Origin: an uncultured Oscillospiraceae bacterium | GTDB lineage: Bacteria; Bacillota; Clostridia; Oscillospirales; Acutalibacteraceae | Reading direction: 5' to 3' | NCBI GenBank assembly: GCA_900546265.1 | Contig: URCA01000015.1 | Location: forward strand, 1,542 to 65,541 | Length of the DNA: 64,000 nt | In this document: one piece after another, positions 26,424 through 35,497 of the stretch | How positions within the stretch are numbered: position 1 is the first letter of the stretch | How the letters are laid out: each line of letters starts with the position of its first letter | Notes under the pieces: model-generated | Told to the model about the DNA's origin: nothing | Databases searched by the model: none | The model's input: only the letters and a program-made list of their open reading frames with translations | Translations under genes and position numbers: made by a program

Positions 26424-27700
26424 TCAGCTGGCCGCTGCTCCGGCGGCCTCGTCTATGAATTGCTGGTAATTGATATTGAATACGATATCCAGTTCATAAC
26501 CCCTGGAAACTCTGACCTCCCGCAGCAGCTGACAGGCGATCATCTTCTTCTGCTCAACAGTGGCGCTCTCAAATTCCTCCGCCCAGCTCCGAAATTGGCT
26601 GTAATAGAAATCCAGATCTTTCATCGCGCTCTCTTTGTCGCGAAGAACCTTATCAATTTCCAGAAGCCGTCGTTCATCCTGCTGGATTTCTTTCTTGGCA
26701 TTTTCAATGGCCAAGGAAAGCATCTCCGGCGTGAACGCGCTCTCCCCCATCAACGATTTGGCAATCTCCCCGGACAATTCTACCAGCCGCCGTTTCTTCT
26801 TCTCCAGGGAAACGGCAACCCTTTTCTGCTGCTCATTTGCGGAGGTTATATCTCGCTTGTATCTTCGTTCCAGGGCTTTGTCCCTTGGAGTGACACGGAT
26901 TCTCGCCAGATAACCGCGCAGGATTTCCATGACTGCGTCGTCGACGGTGGCGGCTATATATGCCGCTTGACCGTCGCATTCTCCGCGTTTCTGCGCCTTG
27001 TTGCAGCAGATATACCGCTGCTTGCGGACGCGGTATTCCGAACCGTCGACGCGGGTATACCTGTCCACATAGCTGGTAGCCACCATTCTGGAACCACAGT
27101 GGGCACAGTACAGATTGCCGGACAACAGCGTCTTGCCTTTGGTCGTGCGAGCAATTTGCTGTTTCTCTTTTTCCGTGTTGGCCCGCTGATCGAGGATGTA
27201 TTGCGCTTGAAAGAAAAGTGGTTCTTCAATAATTTGGATGCGTTCTATATGGGGAGATTCGACGTCACCGGCGACAAAATAGCCGCAATACATCCGGTTG
27301 CGCAAAATTCGGTTTATGGTGTTGCATTGAAACTGGCTGCCGTTGTGAGTCTTGATTCCCAATCCATTGAGATAGTCAGCCATGCGGTAGGAGCCGAAAC
27401 CCTCCCGGACTGTTTTTTCAAAGTACCGGCGAGGGCATCCGACACCAGCCGCCCTCGCCAAACCGATCTGTTTTTGTCGTGCACCTATTCGCCAGCCGTT
27501 CAGAGGTTGGTTGACCCCAGGTGCAGGAATCATACGAACCGCTGCCGATTAGCAGCGTCACGGGAATTTCACCCCTCCCAGGATCTCTGCGAGCCGCCCC
27601 CATTGCTTGAATCTATGGCTGGACGGGAGTATCATTGTCCCTCTTGCTTTCATCGCCCCCAGGGAATCACCCTGCTGTATGGACTATAAGATAGAATCGC
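26424..27700 (-). pseudogene. Large serine recombinase, degraded: recombinase + zinc-ribbon + coiled-coil part is intact, catalytic N-terminal domain is lost to in-frame stops
   Basis: ORF 26424..27533 contains YRMADYLNGLGIKTHNGSQFQCNTINRILRNRMYCGY, the Cys cluster CAHCG...CCNKAQKRGECDG, and a long coiled coil. In the same frame upstream I read ...IQQGDSLGAMKARGTMILPSSHRFKQWGRLAEILGGVKFP*RC*. This faintly resembles the QKGDTL...GINF part of resolvase domains. No S-x-x-Q catalytic motif was found. Confidence 0.65.
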
Positions 27701-27889
27701 TTAGAAAAGAAACAGCGGATCCGGAATCATCATCAAGTGCATTCCTATTCGCTTGTTTTTTTCGTCATGGCGCATCCGTCCAGCTGGCTGGCCGTTCGTC
27801 GCGGCCACAAGAGTTAACGTATTCGTATGACGGAATATTCTGTTATCAAAGAGCTTGTCCATCGCTACGAGGCGGGCATAAAATTCAGT

Positions 27890-27931
27890 AAAGAATAACC
27901 CCCTCACTCTCTTAGCCGTTGAGCGAGGGGG
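27890..27931 (-). terminator. Rho-independent terminator after the sigma-like gene
   Basis: 11-bp stem with one mismatch (CCCCCTCGCTC...GAGAGTGAGGGGG on the minus strand), followed by TTATTCTTTACTGAATTTTAT. Confidence 0.55.
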
Positions 27932-27954
27932 CTGGACGGAATTATTTTACTTTT

Positions 27955-28395
27955 CTAGGAGTTTTTTAATTTTTCTAATACTCTAACCTTTTGATCATGC
28001 ATTGTCATGCGAGGAACACCTATTTCTGAGGCCCATTGTCTTTCGGTTTTCTGTTCGAAGTACAGAGCCTGAATAAGCTCGCGTTCCTGCACATCCAGTT
28101 GAGATAAAGCCTGATGCAAAGCATCGCACATAATCGCAAAACAGGCTTCGTCCTCAACATGAACAGACTTGTCGGAAAACTGTTCGCCATTATCATCCAT
28201 GAGCCTGTCCAGCGAATCCTCTCGGGCTGGAACGTATAAAACACTCTCGTTTTTCGCATCCACTCTGATCTTCCTATATTTTAATTCTTTCGCAAAATAC
28301 CGTGCCTTTCTCGCTGTCTTATGATATAGTTCGCACACTTCATCCGATACTGAAATTTGTTTGCCATGAATTAGGATATACTTTTGGACATCCAC
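27955..28395 (-). CDS. Small sigma-70 region-4 / HTH protein of the kind found next to recombinases in Tn916-family and clostridial ICEs
   Basis: 146 aa. GTG start with GGAGGT 8 nt upstream. The C-terminus is LDVQERELIQALYFEQKTERQWASEIGVPRMTMHDQKVRVLEKLK, a region-4 HTH. Confidence 0.65.
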   Translation of the reverse strand: MDVQKYILIHGKQISVSDEVCELYHKTARKARYFAKELKYRKIRVDAKNESVLYVPAREDSLDRLMDDNGEQFSDKSVHVEDEACFAIMCDALHQALSQLDVQERELIQALYFEQKTERQWASEIGVPRMTMHDQKVRVLEKLKNS

Positions 28396-28478
28396 CTTTC
28401 TTTACCTCCGATCTGTTTTGAATCAAAAACAGATCGGAACGGTGGCGATCGACAACAAGGCCGCACACCTGTATGCAA

Positions 28479-28524
28479 GCAAAAAAGGTCAAATTCGCCC
28501 TCATTTTTGAGGGTGAATTTGGCC
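28479..28524 (-). terminator. Strong rho-independent terminator closing the 46.7-to-29.0 kb minus-strand operon(s)
   Basis: 17-bp stem (two G-U pairs) GGCCAAATTCACCCTCA-aaaa-TGAGGGCGAATTTGACC on the minus strand, followed by TTTTTTGCTT. Confidence 0.7.
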
Positions 28525-28983
28525 GCGCGTTTGGGGGAGGCTCGCTATCATTGTTTTCATGGGATGTACCACCGCGACGTGTTTGCCTGGAGCGACAGCG
28601 TTTGGGTGAGTGTAAATTTTTTCTTGTGGCAAGTATATATAGGCGGTAATATGAGTCGGGTTATGGCTATACAAAGTCCTCATCTCTCCAACACGCAGTA
28701 ATCTCATCATTAAGCGCGATCAGCCACAACAGGGAGATTGCCTGCCAAATTCGCTAAGAATTTCTGAGTTTGCCTTTGTACTTGGAGGATAAAATGGTTC
28801 AGAAGTTCTTCCATAGTTTCTTTACTTGAATTAGGTTTATTACTCAATCTGGAATTAGATACTTTTGGGGGATAAGGAAACTCAAAAAGCCTTGCACCAT
28901 CCAACTTTCCGGGTATGAAAAGACGGTTAAAAATCGGTCATTCTAAAAAGAATGTTCCAAAGTTCAACCGTCGTTCATCAGTT

Positions 28984-30327
28984 CTAAAACCCCGCTACCG
29001 TTTGCAGAAGCACTTGGGCATAAACTCTCTGCATATAGTCGTTGGGATGGTTAGTATTGTTGCTCGTTATATCCTGAAACCGCTTGGTTTGCAGAAGATG
29101 CTGAAATACCGACTGCACATCCGCGTGCACCACCGCTTTTCCCTGATCCCGGAATTCCGCGGCAATGCGTTCTAGCACGGACTTGAAAGATGGCTGATAG
29201 CGGCAAATCGGCGCTCCGTCTCCCCAATTTGTGCGAATCTCCTGATTTGGCAGCATGGAGGACACCAGCACGATTTCCGTATCGGACCTGGCAGCTAGGA
29301 TCTGTTTCACAATCGCTTCAATGTTGTCGCTGAAATCCTTAGGCTCAATGCCAGTTCCGTCGTTCATGCCGAAAGCCACAAGGACGAGATCCGGTTTATA
29401 GGCCAGTAGAGACTGAAAATTAACAATCCCGTCCTCCTCAAAAAGCGGCCAACGAGTCGTCTTTCCGGCGATAGAAAAATTCCGAAGTTCAATTTTCGCC
29501 TTCTTGTATCGGTTCTGCAAACCAGTTTTGAACAGTTCAACATAGGGCGGCATATGGGGCGCTATATCCACATTCTCATACCCAGAGGCTGTCCAACCCT
29601 GCGTAATGCTGTCCCCCAGACAGGCAATCTTCAGAGTACCGGCCTTATCAGTATCGTTTAGAATACCATTTGTTCTTTTAAGGTCGGCGCTTTGATTTGC
29701 GGGAACACCGCCGTTCCACCTTGCACTATGCCGATAGGTTACGCGCACCTGCCAGCGGGTCATACCCAAGGATCGGGTTTCACCTTCCTTGATAGCCTCC
29801 GTGTAAAGCTGTGCGCCGGTCCCATAGATTTCCGGCATATTGGCCGGATTCGAGGGATCGTAAACGGGGAGATAAAACGCCTCGTGTGCGATGGCGGGGA
29901 TCGCGCCGTCCGCTGCGACCTGCAGCTTTCCGTCTTTCGTCAGGGAGTAATCCCTCCCCTCTTCATACCGGATATCCAGCCCGTAACTGTATACGGACAC
30001 AATTTGTTTAGCAGGGTACAGCAGCGAAATGGGCGCAATGCTTCCGTCTTTTTCTTGCAGAATAAACACGGTTTCACTGCGCGCGATGCCACCGTCGTCC
30101 CAAACCGGCACAATATAATCTGCCGGTCCGAATTTCGCCGCGTCGTACTGACTCAAATCCTCCGATGTTCCATCCGGCCAGTCGGGATTGCCGGCCGGCA
30201 CCGTGTCTTCTTTTTGCTCTGGCACGGAGGCGTCAGCTGCACCGCTCACTTTTTTTTCGCCGGCGCAACCCGCACAGACTCCCAGGAAAAGCAACGTGCA
30301 CATAAGGATGGAAAGCCCTCTCTTCAT
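28984..30327 (-). CDS. Lipoprotein with a C-terminal SGNH/GDSL esterase domain (probable glycan deacetylase)
   Basis: Lipobox LGVCAGC-AGE. SGNH blocks are KIACLGDSITQGW, VLVAFGMNDG and NHPNDY. The N-terminal ~200 aa are unassigned. Confidence 0.75.
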   Translation of the reverse strand: MKRGLSILMCTLLFLGVCAGCAGEKKVSGAADASVPEQKEDTVPAGNPDWPDGTSEDLSQYDAAKFGPADYIVPVWDDGGIARSETVFILQEKDGSIAPISLLYPAKQIVSVYSYGLDIRYEEGRDYSLTKDGKLQVAADGAIPAIAHEAFYLPVYDPSNPANMPEIYGTGAQLYTEAIKEGETRSLGMTRWQVRVTYRHSARWNGGVPANQSADLKRTNGILNDTDKAGTLKIACLGDSITQGWTASGYENVDIAPHMPPYVELFKTGLQNRYKKAKIELRNFSIAGKTTRWPLFEEDGIVNFQSLLAYKPDLVLVAFGMNDGTGIEPKDFSDNIEAIVKQILAARSDTEIVLVSSMLPNQEIRTNWGDGAPICRYQPSFKSVLERIAAEFRDQGKAVVHADVQSVFQHLLQTKRFQDITSNNTNHPNDYMQRVYAQVLLQTVAGF

Positions 30328-30338
30328 TGTATCCCTCC

Positions 30339-32396
30339 TTAGCTAATAAAAAACTTCGCTGTCGCACCTTTGCCGGCGTTGCGTATCAGATAGCTGACTT
30401 CTACCATTCCGTCCCAGTCCTCAGGCGCATTTTTCTTTAGCTCAAATATATAGGTACCGGAAGCACCGTCGCCCATGGGTAGGCACTCATCGGCCGCTTT
30501 TTCCGTGCCAAACGGCACTGTCATGTTGTATGTACGGCCGCCCACCGGCAGATACACACTTTTAGCAAAGCCGTTCTGAGTATGATAATCTACCCGCACC
30601 CCCAGCGCACATGAAGAACTTTCTTGCGGCTCTCCCCAAGTCTCATAGCGAAACGTCAATGTCTCCCTTGTTCCCAGTCCGCTAAGAATGGCGGATACCC
30701 CCGCCTCGCCCGTATCCTCTTCCAGCATACCGACGTAAGCGTTCATACTTTCGTTGAAAATATCGGCGTACGGCTTGCCGTCGCCCCGATCGGTATAATA
30801 GTATTGCTTCTTGACCAACGTGCCGACATCGGCGGTATTATCGGTTTCCGCTCCCTGCGCTTGACTATTAAATTCTATATAATACGCGCCCTTTACCGGG
30901 ATCCTTAGGGTCTCTTTTCCTTTGTTTCCAGGATTTTCTACATCTTTGACTATCTCCGGTGTCGTATCTGACAGTCTTTTCTGATAATAGGCGGGATCGA
31001 TTCGATAGACGGTGCAGCTCTGTGCTTCAAACGGCAGGTCACTCCAGTCGATGGTGACAGTCTGTGCCTTTTTCAGAGAACGATTATAGGCGATGACGCC
31101 GGCCCGCTGCGAATCAGCTCCGGCTATCAGCCCAACCGCTTCATTTTCGGTGGACGCAGGAACCCGATCCACCGGCAGCCTCGCATATGACCAAAGGGCG
31201 TGATAGACGGGATTGACCGCATAGTCTGTCTCATACAGCCCGAATTGCCCGGAACTCAGCCACATGGGCCAGGACACCCGCGTGATATCCGACGCCTCAT
31301 TTATACGCAGAATGGAGTCAAAGAAAGCCCAAACCTGCTCGTATGTATCATTGGGCATGGATTTACCGCCGTTAAAGTCGTTGGATACCGGATGAAATTC
31401 GGTCAAATGCTGCTGCACCCGGCGCAGATCATACTTTTTACCATTGAGTTCCGGAGCGGTACCGTTCTGGTAGGCGTTGAGAGCCTCACGCACCACATTC
31501 AGCTGATAGTTGAAATTGCCGGTCCCGCCCTCGTTGATATAATCCCCCTCCAGATCGCCATCCGAAGGGCCATAATAGTGCCAAGAGAAGCCGTCAGGTA
31601 TCGCCCTCGCCTTTTCGGATGACTCCCAGAAATACTGCCAACCGGTCTGTTGGATGCCGGCTAAGGAGTCCGGCTCCCGGATAAAGGCCAGCGGACGCGC
31701 GATGCCCGCTGAAATCACGGTGGAAAACGGGTTTGCCGCGTAATAGGCACGAGTTCCCGTGACAACCGTATCGATCCATTCCTGTTGGGAACCCAGCCAG
31801 TACACATTGCCCTCGAGATCCGGCTCGTTCCAAGTCTCCAGAATGGCGTACACGCCGCTGCGTTTCAGATAATCCGCGGTATTGTAGCAAAATTCATAAT
31901 AGCGCTTCAAATCCGGTACATTGCGGAAATCGAGATCGTCCCCCGGCTTAGTCGCATAGGATGGGGTTCCCACCATCACCAAATAGGGACTGATTTTATT
32001 GTCTTTGCATTTTTTCAGAAATTGGGACGCCAGACTCCATTCGTCCGCCGACACGCCGGTGAGGCCGCCCCGGCCTATCGGCTTCCCGATGCCGTTCTGT
32101 TCGTTTCCAAACATCATGTCGATACGGAAATTGTCTGCTTTCAGCGCGTTCACCCCAGTGAGTGTGTCCAGCGCCGCGGGATCAAACGTACCGTCCGCCT
32201 GTCCCATGAAAGTCCAGGTCGGGTTGAACATATCAACTTTTTTCAGATTTTGCGGTATGGATCCGTCTTTTTGAGAAAAATTCAGTTTCACGGTTTCTCC
32301 TTTTTCATCACCGCAGGCAGTCAGCAAACTGCACGGTGAGGCAGCCAGCAAGACGCTCAACAGGATCGACAGAAATTTCTTATTCCAGAATTTCAT
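30339..32396 (-). CDS. Lipoprotein glycoside hydrolase, clan GH-A (GH39/GH5-like) with a C-terminal beta-sandwich
   Basis: Lipobox LLTAC-GDE. ILETWNEPDLE is the clan-A acid/base NEP motif, and HLTEFHP is the candidate nucleophile. Confidence 0.6.
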   Translation of the reverse strand: MKFWNKKFLSILLSVLLAASPCSLLTACGDEKGETVKLNFSQKDGSIPQNLKKVDMFNPTWTFMGQADGTFDPAALDTLTGVNALKADNFRIDMMFGNEQNGIGKPIGRGGLTGVSADEWSLASQFLKKCKDNKISPYLVMVGTPSYATKPGDDLDFRNVPDLKRYYEFCYNTADYLKRSGVYAILETWNEPDLEGNVYWLGSQQEWIDTVVTGTRAYYAANPFSTVISAGIARPLAFIREPDSLAGIQQTGWQYFWESSEKARAIPDGFSWHYYGPSDGDLEGDYINEGGTGNFNYQLNVVREALNAYQNGTAPELNGKKYDLRRVQQHLTEFHPVSNDFNGGKSMPNDTYEQVWAFFDSILRINEASDITRVSWPMWLSSGQFGLYETDYAVNPVYHALWSYARLPVDRVPASTENEAVGLIAGADSQRAGVIAYNRSLKKAQTVTIDWSDLPFEAQSCTVYRIDPAYYQKRLSDTTPEIVKDVENPGNKGKETLRIPVKGAYYIEFNSQAQGAETDNTADVGTLVKKQYYYTDRGDGKPYADIFNESMNAYVGMLEEDTGEAGVSAILSGLGTRETLTFRYETWGEPQESSSCALGVRVDYHTQNGFAKSVYLPVGGRTYNMTVPFGTEKAADECLPMGDGASGTYIFELKKNAPEDWDGMVEVSYLIRNAGKGATAKFFIS

Positions 32397-32421
32397 TCAC
32401 TCATAGCCTCCCGACACAATA

Positions 32422-32979
32422 TCACGCAAAGGTAACGGTGATATCCACATGGGTCAAGTCGTTGTCGCTGACGTATCCGGCGTTCAGGACGAAATAGAGA
32501 AAATCTCCTTTTTTGAGCTGTACGGAGAGCTTCTCTTCTGCCGCACTCTCCTCTCCGTTGCCCGTCAGGGACATTTCCGTCAGGGCTTTGCCTGTGTCCC
32601 TGCCATAAACGCTGAAGAGCACACCATCGTCGTCTGTCCGTTGAATCTGCATGAGGTTAACCGTGCAGTGGACAGACGCTTTGCCGCTTTTCGGTGATTC
32701 AAAGCGCAGAATAATATCCTCATTCTGATGCGGCTTCCATTCCGCGCCTACCACAGAGGTAACCGTCGAATTGTAACAACCAGAGTATGCGTTGTATGTC
32801 ATGAAAGTCGGCTGAAAGTTCACTGTGCCAAATAGATAACTCCACCCCATGTGCCCCTGTTGCGCCGCATAGTCGGTCAGGTTGTTAAAAGTTTGAACCG
32901 ATTCTCCGCAACCGCCCGCCGCCAGTATCAGCAGTACACAGAGCAGCGATGCCATCATAGCCGCGCATTTTCTTCTCAT
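32422..32979 (-). CDS. Small lipoprotein, apparently a single copy of the B-type module of the upstream 825-aa protein
   Basis: 185 aa. Lipobox LAAGGC-GES. GWSYLFG...KKGDFLYFVLNAG resembles GWFYAYG...KKGDTVMFTLGTG. ATGA overlap with the upstream gene. Confidence 0.5.
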   Translation of the reverse strand: MRRKCAAMMASLLCVLLILAAGGCGESVQTFNNLTDYAAQQGHMGWSYLFGTVNFQPTFMTYNAYSGCYNSTVTSVVGAEWKPHQNEDIILRFESPKSGKASVHCTVNLMQIQRTDDDGVLFSVYGRDTGKALTEMSLTGNGEESAAEEKLSVQLKKGDFLYFVLNAGYVSDNDLTHVDITVTFA

Positions 32980-35453
32980 GTATGCTCCCTCTTTCTCCTA
33001 CGCAGGATGAGGATACCGGTAACACCACCGGCTGCAGCGCATACCGCGGCGACCGGAAGTGCTATGTACAGGATAGGTACGGTATTGTCTCGAACCGATA
33101 CCGCCATCTCGGTTGTTGACGGATCTTTCTGTATAAGCTCGGCCTCATTCTTGGCCAAACTCAAATATTTTGTTAAACCCTCATTGACCGACCGGTTCTC
33201 TACGCTCAGTTCGTAAATATTGGTGATATAGCTGACACCGTCGCCCGCTTCGCTGTATCTCTCCCCGGCACTCAAGGCAAAGATAATTGTGTCGCCTTTC
33301 TTCACCTTCAGTCGTTGTTCTGGAATCCTGTAATTCTTTTTACCCATGTAATCGCAGGTTTCTCGCCACAGGGATTGACCGTTGAAATACAGGGCCGCGA
33401 CTGCGCCGTCGCCCTCCGTGGCGGTACGGGATACATAGCCGTCCACTGCGATTTCCCCGTCGATATCCGACACCCAGATTTTTAAGTTTTCAAACCTGCC
33501 ATAAGGATGTACGGTGGTCCTGCCGATGAATTGATACGGGTAGTGACTGGCCCACTGGTTTTCTCCATACACATTGTTCCAGGTCATCAGAAGATACTTT
33601 TCCGGATGGCCATATGCATAAAACCAACCGTATTTACCCTGTTCGTTTGAATAACTGCGAATCGGCGCCTTGGAGCAGCCAAGATCCTCCGATAGTTTTG
33701 TATCCGCTGCCCCCGCCGTCCCGGTAAAATCCGCCTGAAAGAGAACAATATTACCGTCGCTGTCATTGCAGCCATTGTTGTTAACAGAAAGGGCAACTAA
33801 ATCACCCGCATGAACCTCTATGCCGCTGAGACTGAATTCCACAGGCTTGTCGTTAGTCAACTCCACATCCACGAGCGATGCATCCAGCACCTGTGCGTCC
33901 GTATAACCGTCGCCGGTAAACGACCGCTTTTCCAGTGAAAACCGAATACCATCCACATCCCGGCTGTCCGCCGCTGTAGCGTCTGTTTTCAACTGTACGC
34001 TCCCGCTCAGATTGACCACACCGTCCGCCGGCGCACGCCAGGCCTTGATGGTATCACCATAGTTGCCGGGATGCAGATTGACGGCCCCTCGGGAACCGAT
34101 CTCCACCTGGGCAAACGTGTCCGTGTCCGTATACCGCCACAGGGTATCGGAATTCTTAAACATTTGAAAATACCGTCCGGAGAAATCGCCATATAGATAA
34201 AACCATTCTCGGGACGCGGGTTCTTCCGTCTCCGGAACCTCGCCGTTCACTTTTAAGAGCTCGGCCTCATTATCCGCTAAATGCAGATACCCTTTCAAAT
34301 CGATGCCGGATCCACGGTTGTCCACGCGCACTTCGTAAATATTGGTGATGAAATCCGTACTGTCGCCCGACTCATTAAACTGCGCTCCCGTTCCTAGGGT
34401 AAACATAACCGTATCGCCTTTTTTTACAGAAAGTCGTTGTTCCGGAATTCGATAGTACTTCCGGCCCATGTAGTCACAGTTCTCTTTCCAGAGGGGTTGA
34501 CCATTGAAATAGATGCCCGCCACCGAACCGTCACCCACGGCGGAATCCCTCGCCACATAACCGTCCACCGCGATTTCTCCATCAAAATCGGATACCCATA
34601 TTTTCAAGTTATCAAACTTTCCATAAGGGTGCATTTTGGTTCGCCCGATGAACTGGAAAGGATTTTTTGAGGTCCATTGATGGTCTCCATAAACATGACC
34701 CCAGTCCATCAGCACATACTTTTCCAGCAATCCATAGGCATAAAACCAGCCGTCTTTCCCCTGCTGGTCGGAAAAACTGGGGATCGGCGCTGCCGAACAC
34801 CCCAAATCCTCCGGCAATTCTGACTCCACAGCCCCGGGCGCTTTGGTAAAGCCGACTTGAAAGGTAACAGAGTTTCCATCGCTGTCGTTGCAGCCGTTGT
34901 TATTCACAGAGAGCGCGATCAAATCGCCGGCGCACACGTCGATGTCGTCAACGGTAAAGTCCACAGGCGTTGGATCGTTCAGGAGTACGTCGTCCCAGGT
35001 CTGATCGACCGCCTGCGCAGGCCCGTAGTTTTTCCCATCAAACGTCCGCTTCAGCAGGGAAAACCGGATGCCGTTGATACTGTCGCTGCCCGCCGCGCGG
35101 GGATCCGACAGCAGTTTCACACTGCCCTTCAGGCTGACCGTTCCATCGGCCGGTGCGCGCCATGCCTTTATAGTGTTTCCGAAATTGCCCGGATGCAAAT
35201 TGACGATATTCTGCTGCCCGATTTCAACCTGAGCAAACGTATCGGCGTCAGTATACCGCCACAGCGTTTCGGATTTCGGGCTCATTTTGAAATACCGGCC
35301 GGAAAAATCCCCGTACAGGTAATACCAATCGCCGTCTGCGCGGATCCCCTCCGCCAAACCGGTGACGCTCGTCCCCCAGCTTCCCATGAGCCATGTGAAG
35401 CTCAGGGCGGCAGTAAGGGCCATCTGCAGAATCCGGCTTCCCTTTCGTTTCAT
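32976..35453 (-). CDS. Membrane-anchored extracellular protein with an internal A-B-A-B duplication, function unknown
   Basis: 825 aa. AAGGAGAG RBS. N-terminal signal/anchor. Two ~374-aa copies begin DWYYLYGDFSGRYFKM... and EWFYLYGDFSGRYFQM.... The C-terminal TM is PILYIALPVAAVCAAAGGVTGILILRRRKR. Confidence 0.55.
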   Translation of the reverse strand: MKRKGSRILQMALTAALSFTWLMGSWGTSVTGLAEGIRADGDWYYLYGDFSGRYFKMSPKSETLWRYTDADTFAQVEIGQQNIVNLHPGNFGNTIKAWRAPADGTVSLKGSVKLLSDPRAAGSDSINGIRFSLLKRTFDGKNYGPAQAVDQTWDDVLLNDPTPVDFTVDDIDVCAGDLIALSVNNNGCNDSDGNSVTFQVGFTKAPGAVESELPEDLGCSAAPIPSFSDQQGKDGWFYAYGLLEKYVLMDWGHVYGDHQWTSKNPFQFIGRTKMHPYGKFDNLKIWVSDFDGEIAVDGYVARDSAVGDGSVAGIYFNGQPLWKENCDYMGRKYYRIPEQRLSVKKGDTVMFTLGTGAQFNESGDSTDFITNIYEVRVDNRGSGIDLKGYLHLADNEAELLKVNGEVPETEEPASREWFYLYGDFSGRYFQMFKNSDTLWRYTDTDTFAQVEIGSRGAVNLHPGNYGDTIKAWRAPADGVVNLSGSVQLKTDATAADSRDVDGIRFSLEKRSFTGDGYTDAQVLDASLVDVELTNDKPVEFSLSGIEVHAGDLVALSVNNNGCNDSDGNIVLFQADFTGTAGAADTKLSEDLGCSKAPIRSYSNEQGKYGWFYAYGHPEKYLLMTWNNVYGENQWASHYPYQFIGRTTVHPYGRFENLKIWVSDIDGEIAVDGYVSRTATEGDGAVAALYFNGQSLWRETCDYMGKKNYRIPEQRLKVKKGDTIIFALSAGERYSEAGDGVSYITNIYELSVENRSVNEGLTKYLSLAKNEAELIQKDPSTTEMAVSVRDNTVPILYIALPVAAVCAAAGGVTGILILRRRKREHT
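33099..35330 (-). repeat. Tandem in-frame duplication (2 x ~1.12 kb) inside 32976-35453
   Basis: Copy 1 is about aa 42-415 and copy 2 about aa 416-785. They are collinear by eye along their whole length. Confidence 0.7.
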
Positions 35454-35497
35454 CCGTGTCTCTCCTTACTACAATCGTTAGCCCGGGAGAAAGTAAC

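Noticed and set aside
26409-27689. 426-aa plus-strand ORF
   Set aside because: It is antisense to the serine-recombinase remnant and has no recognisable domain.
28409-28438. 12-bp hairpin CCGATCTGTTTT-gaatc-AAAACAGATCGG just upstream of the sigma-like gene RBS
   Set aside because: It has no U-tract on the coding strand and no partner motif, so its function is undecidable from sequence. It is noted but not called.
28710-28904. 64-aa minus-strand ORF between the SGNH gene and the strong terminator
   Set aside because: It has a TTG start without a usable RBS and no motif. It may be non-coding 3' UTR or a gene fragment, and is not supportable as a CDS.
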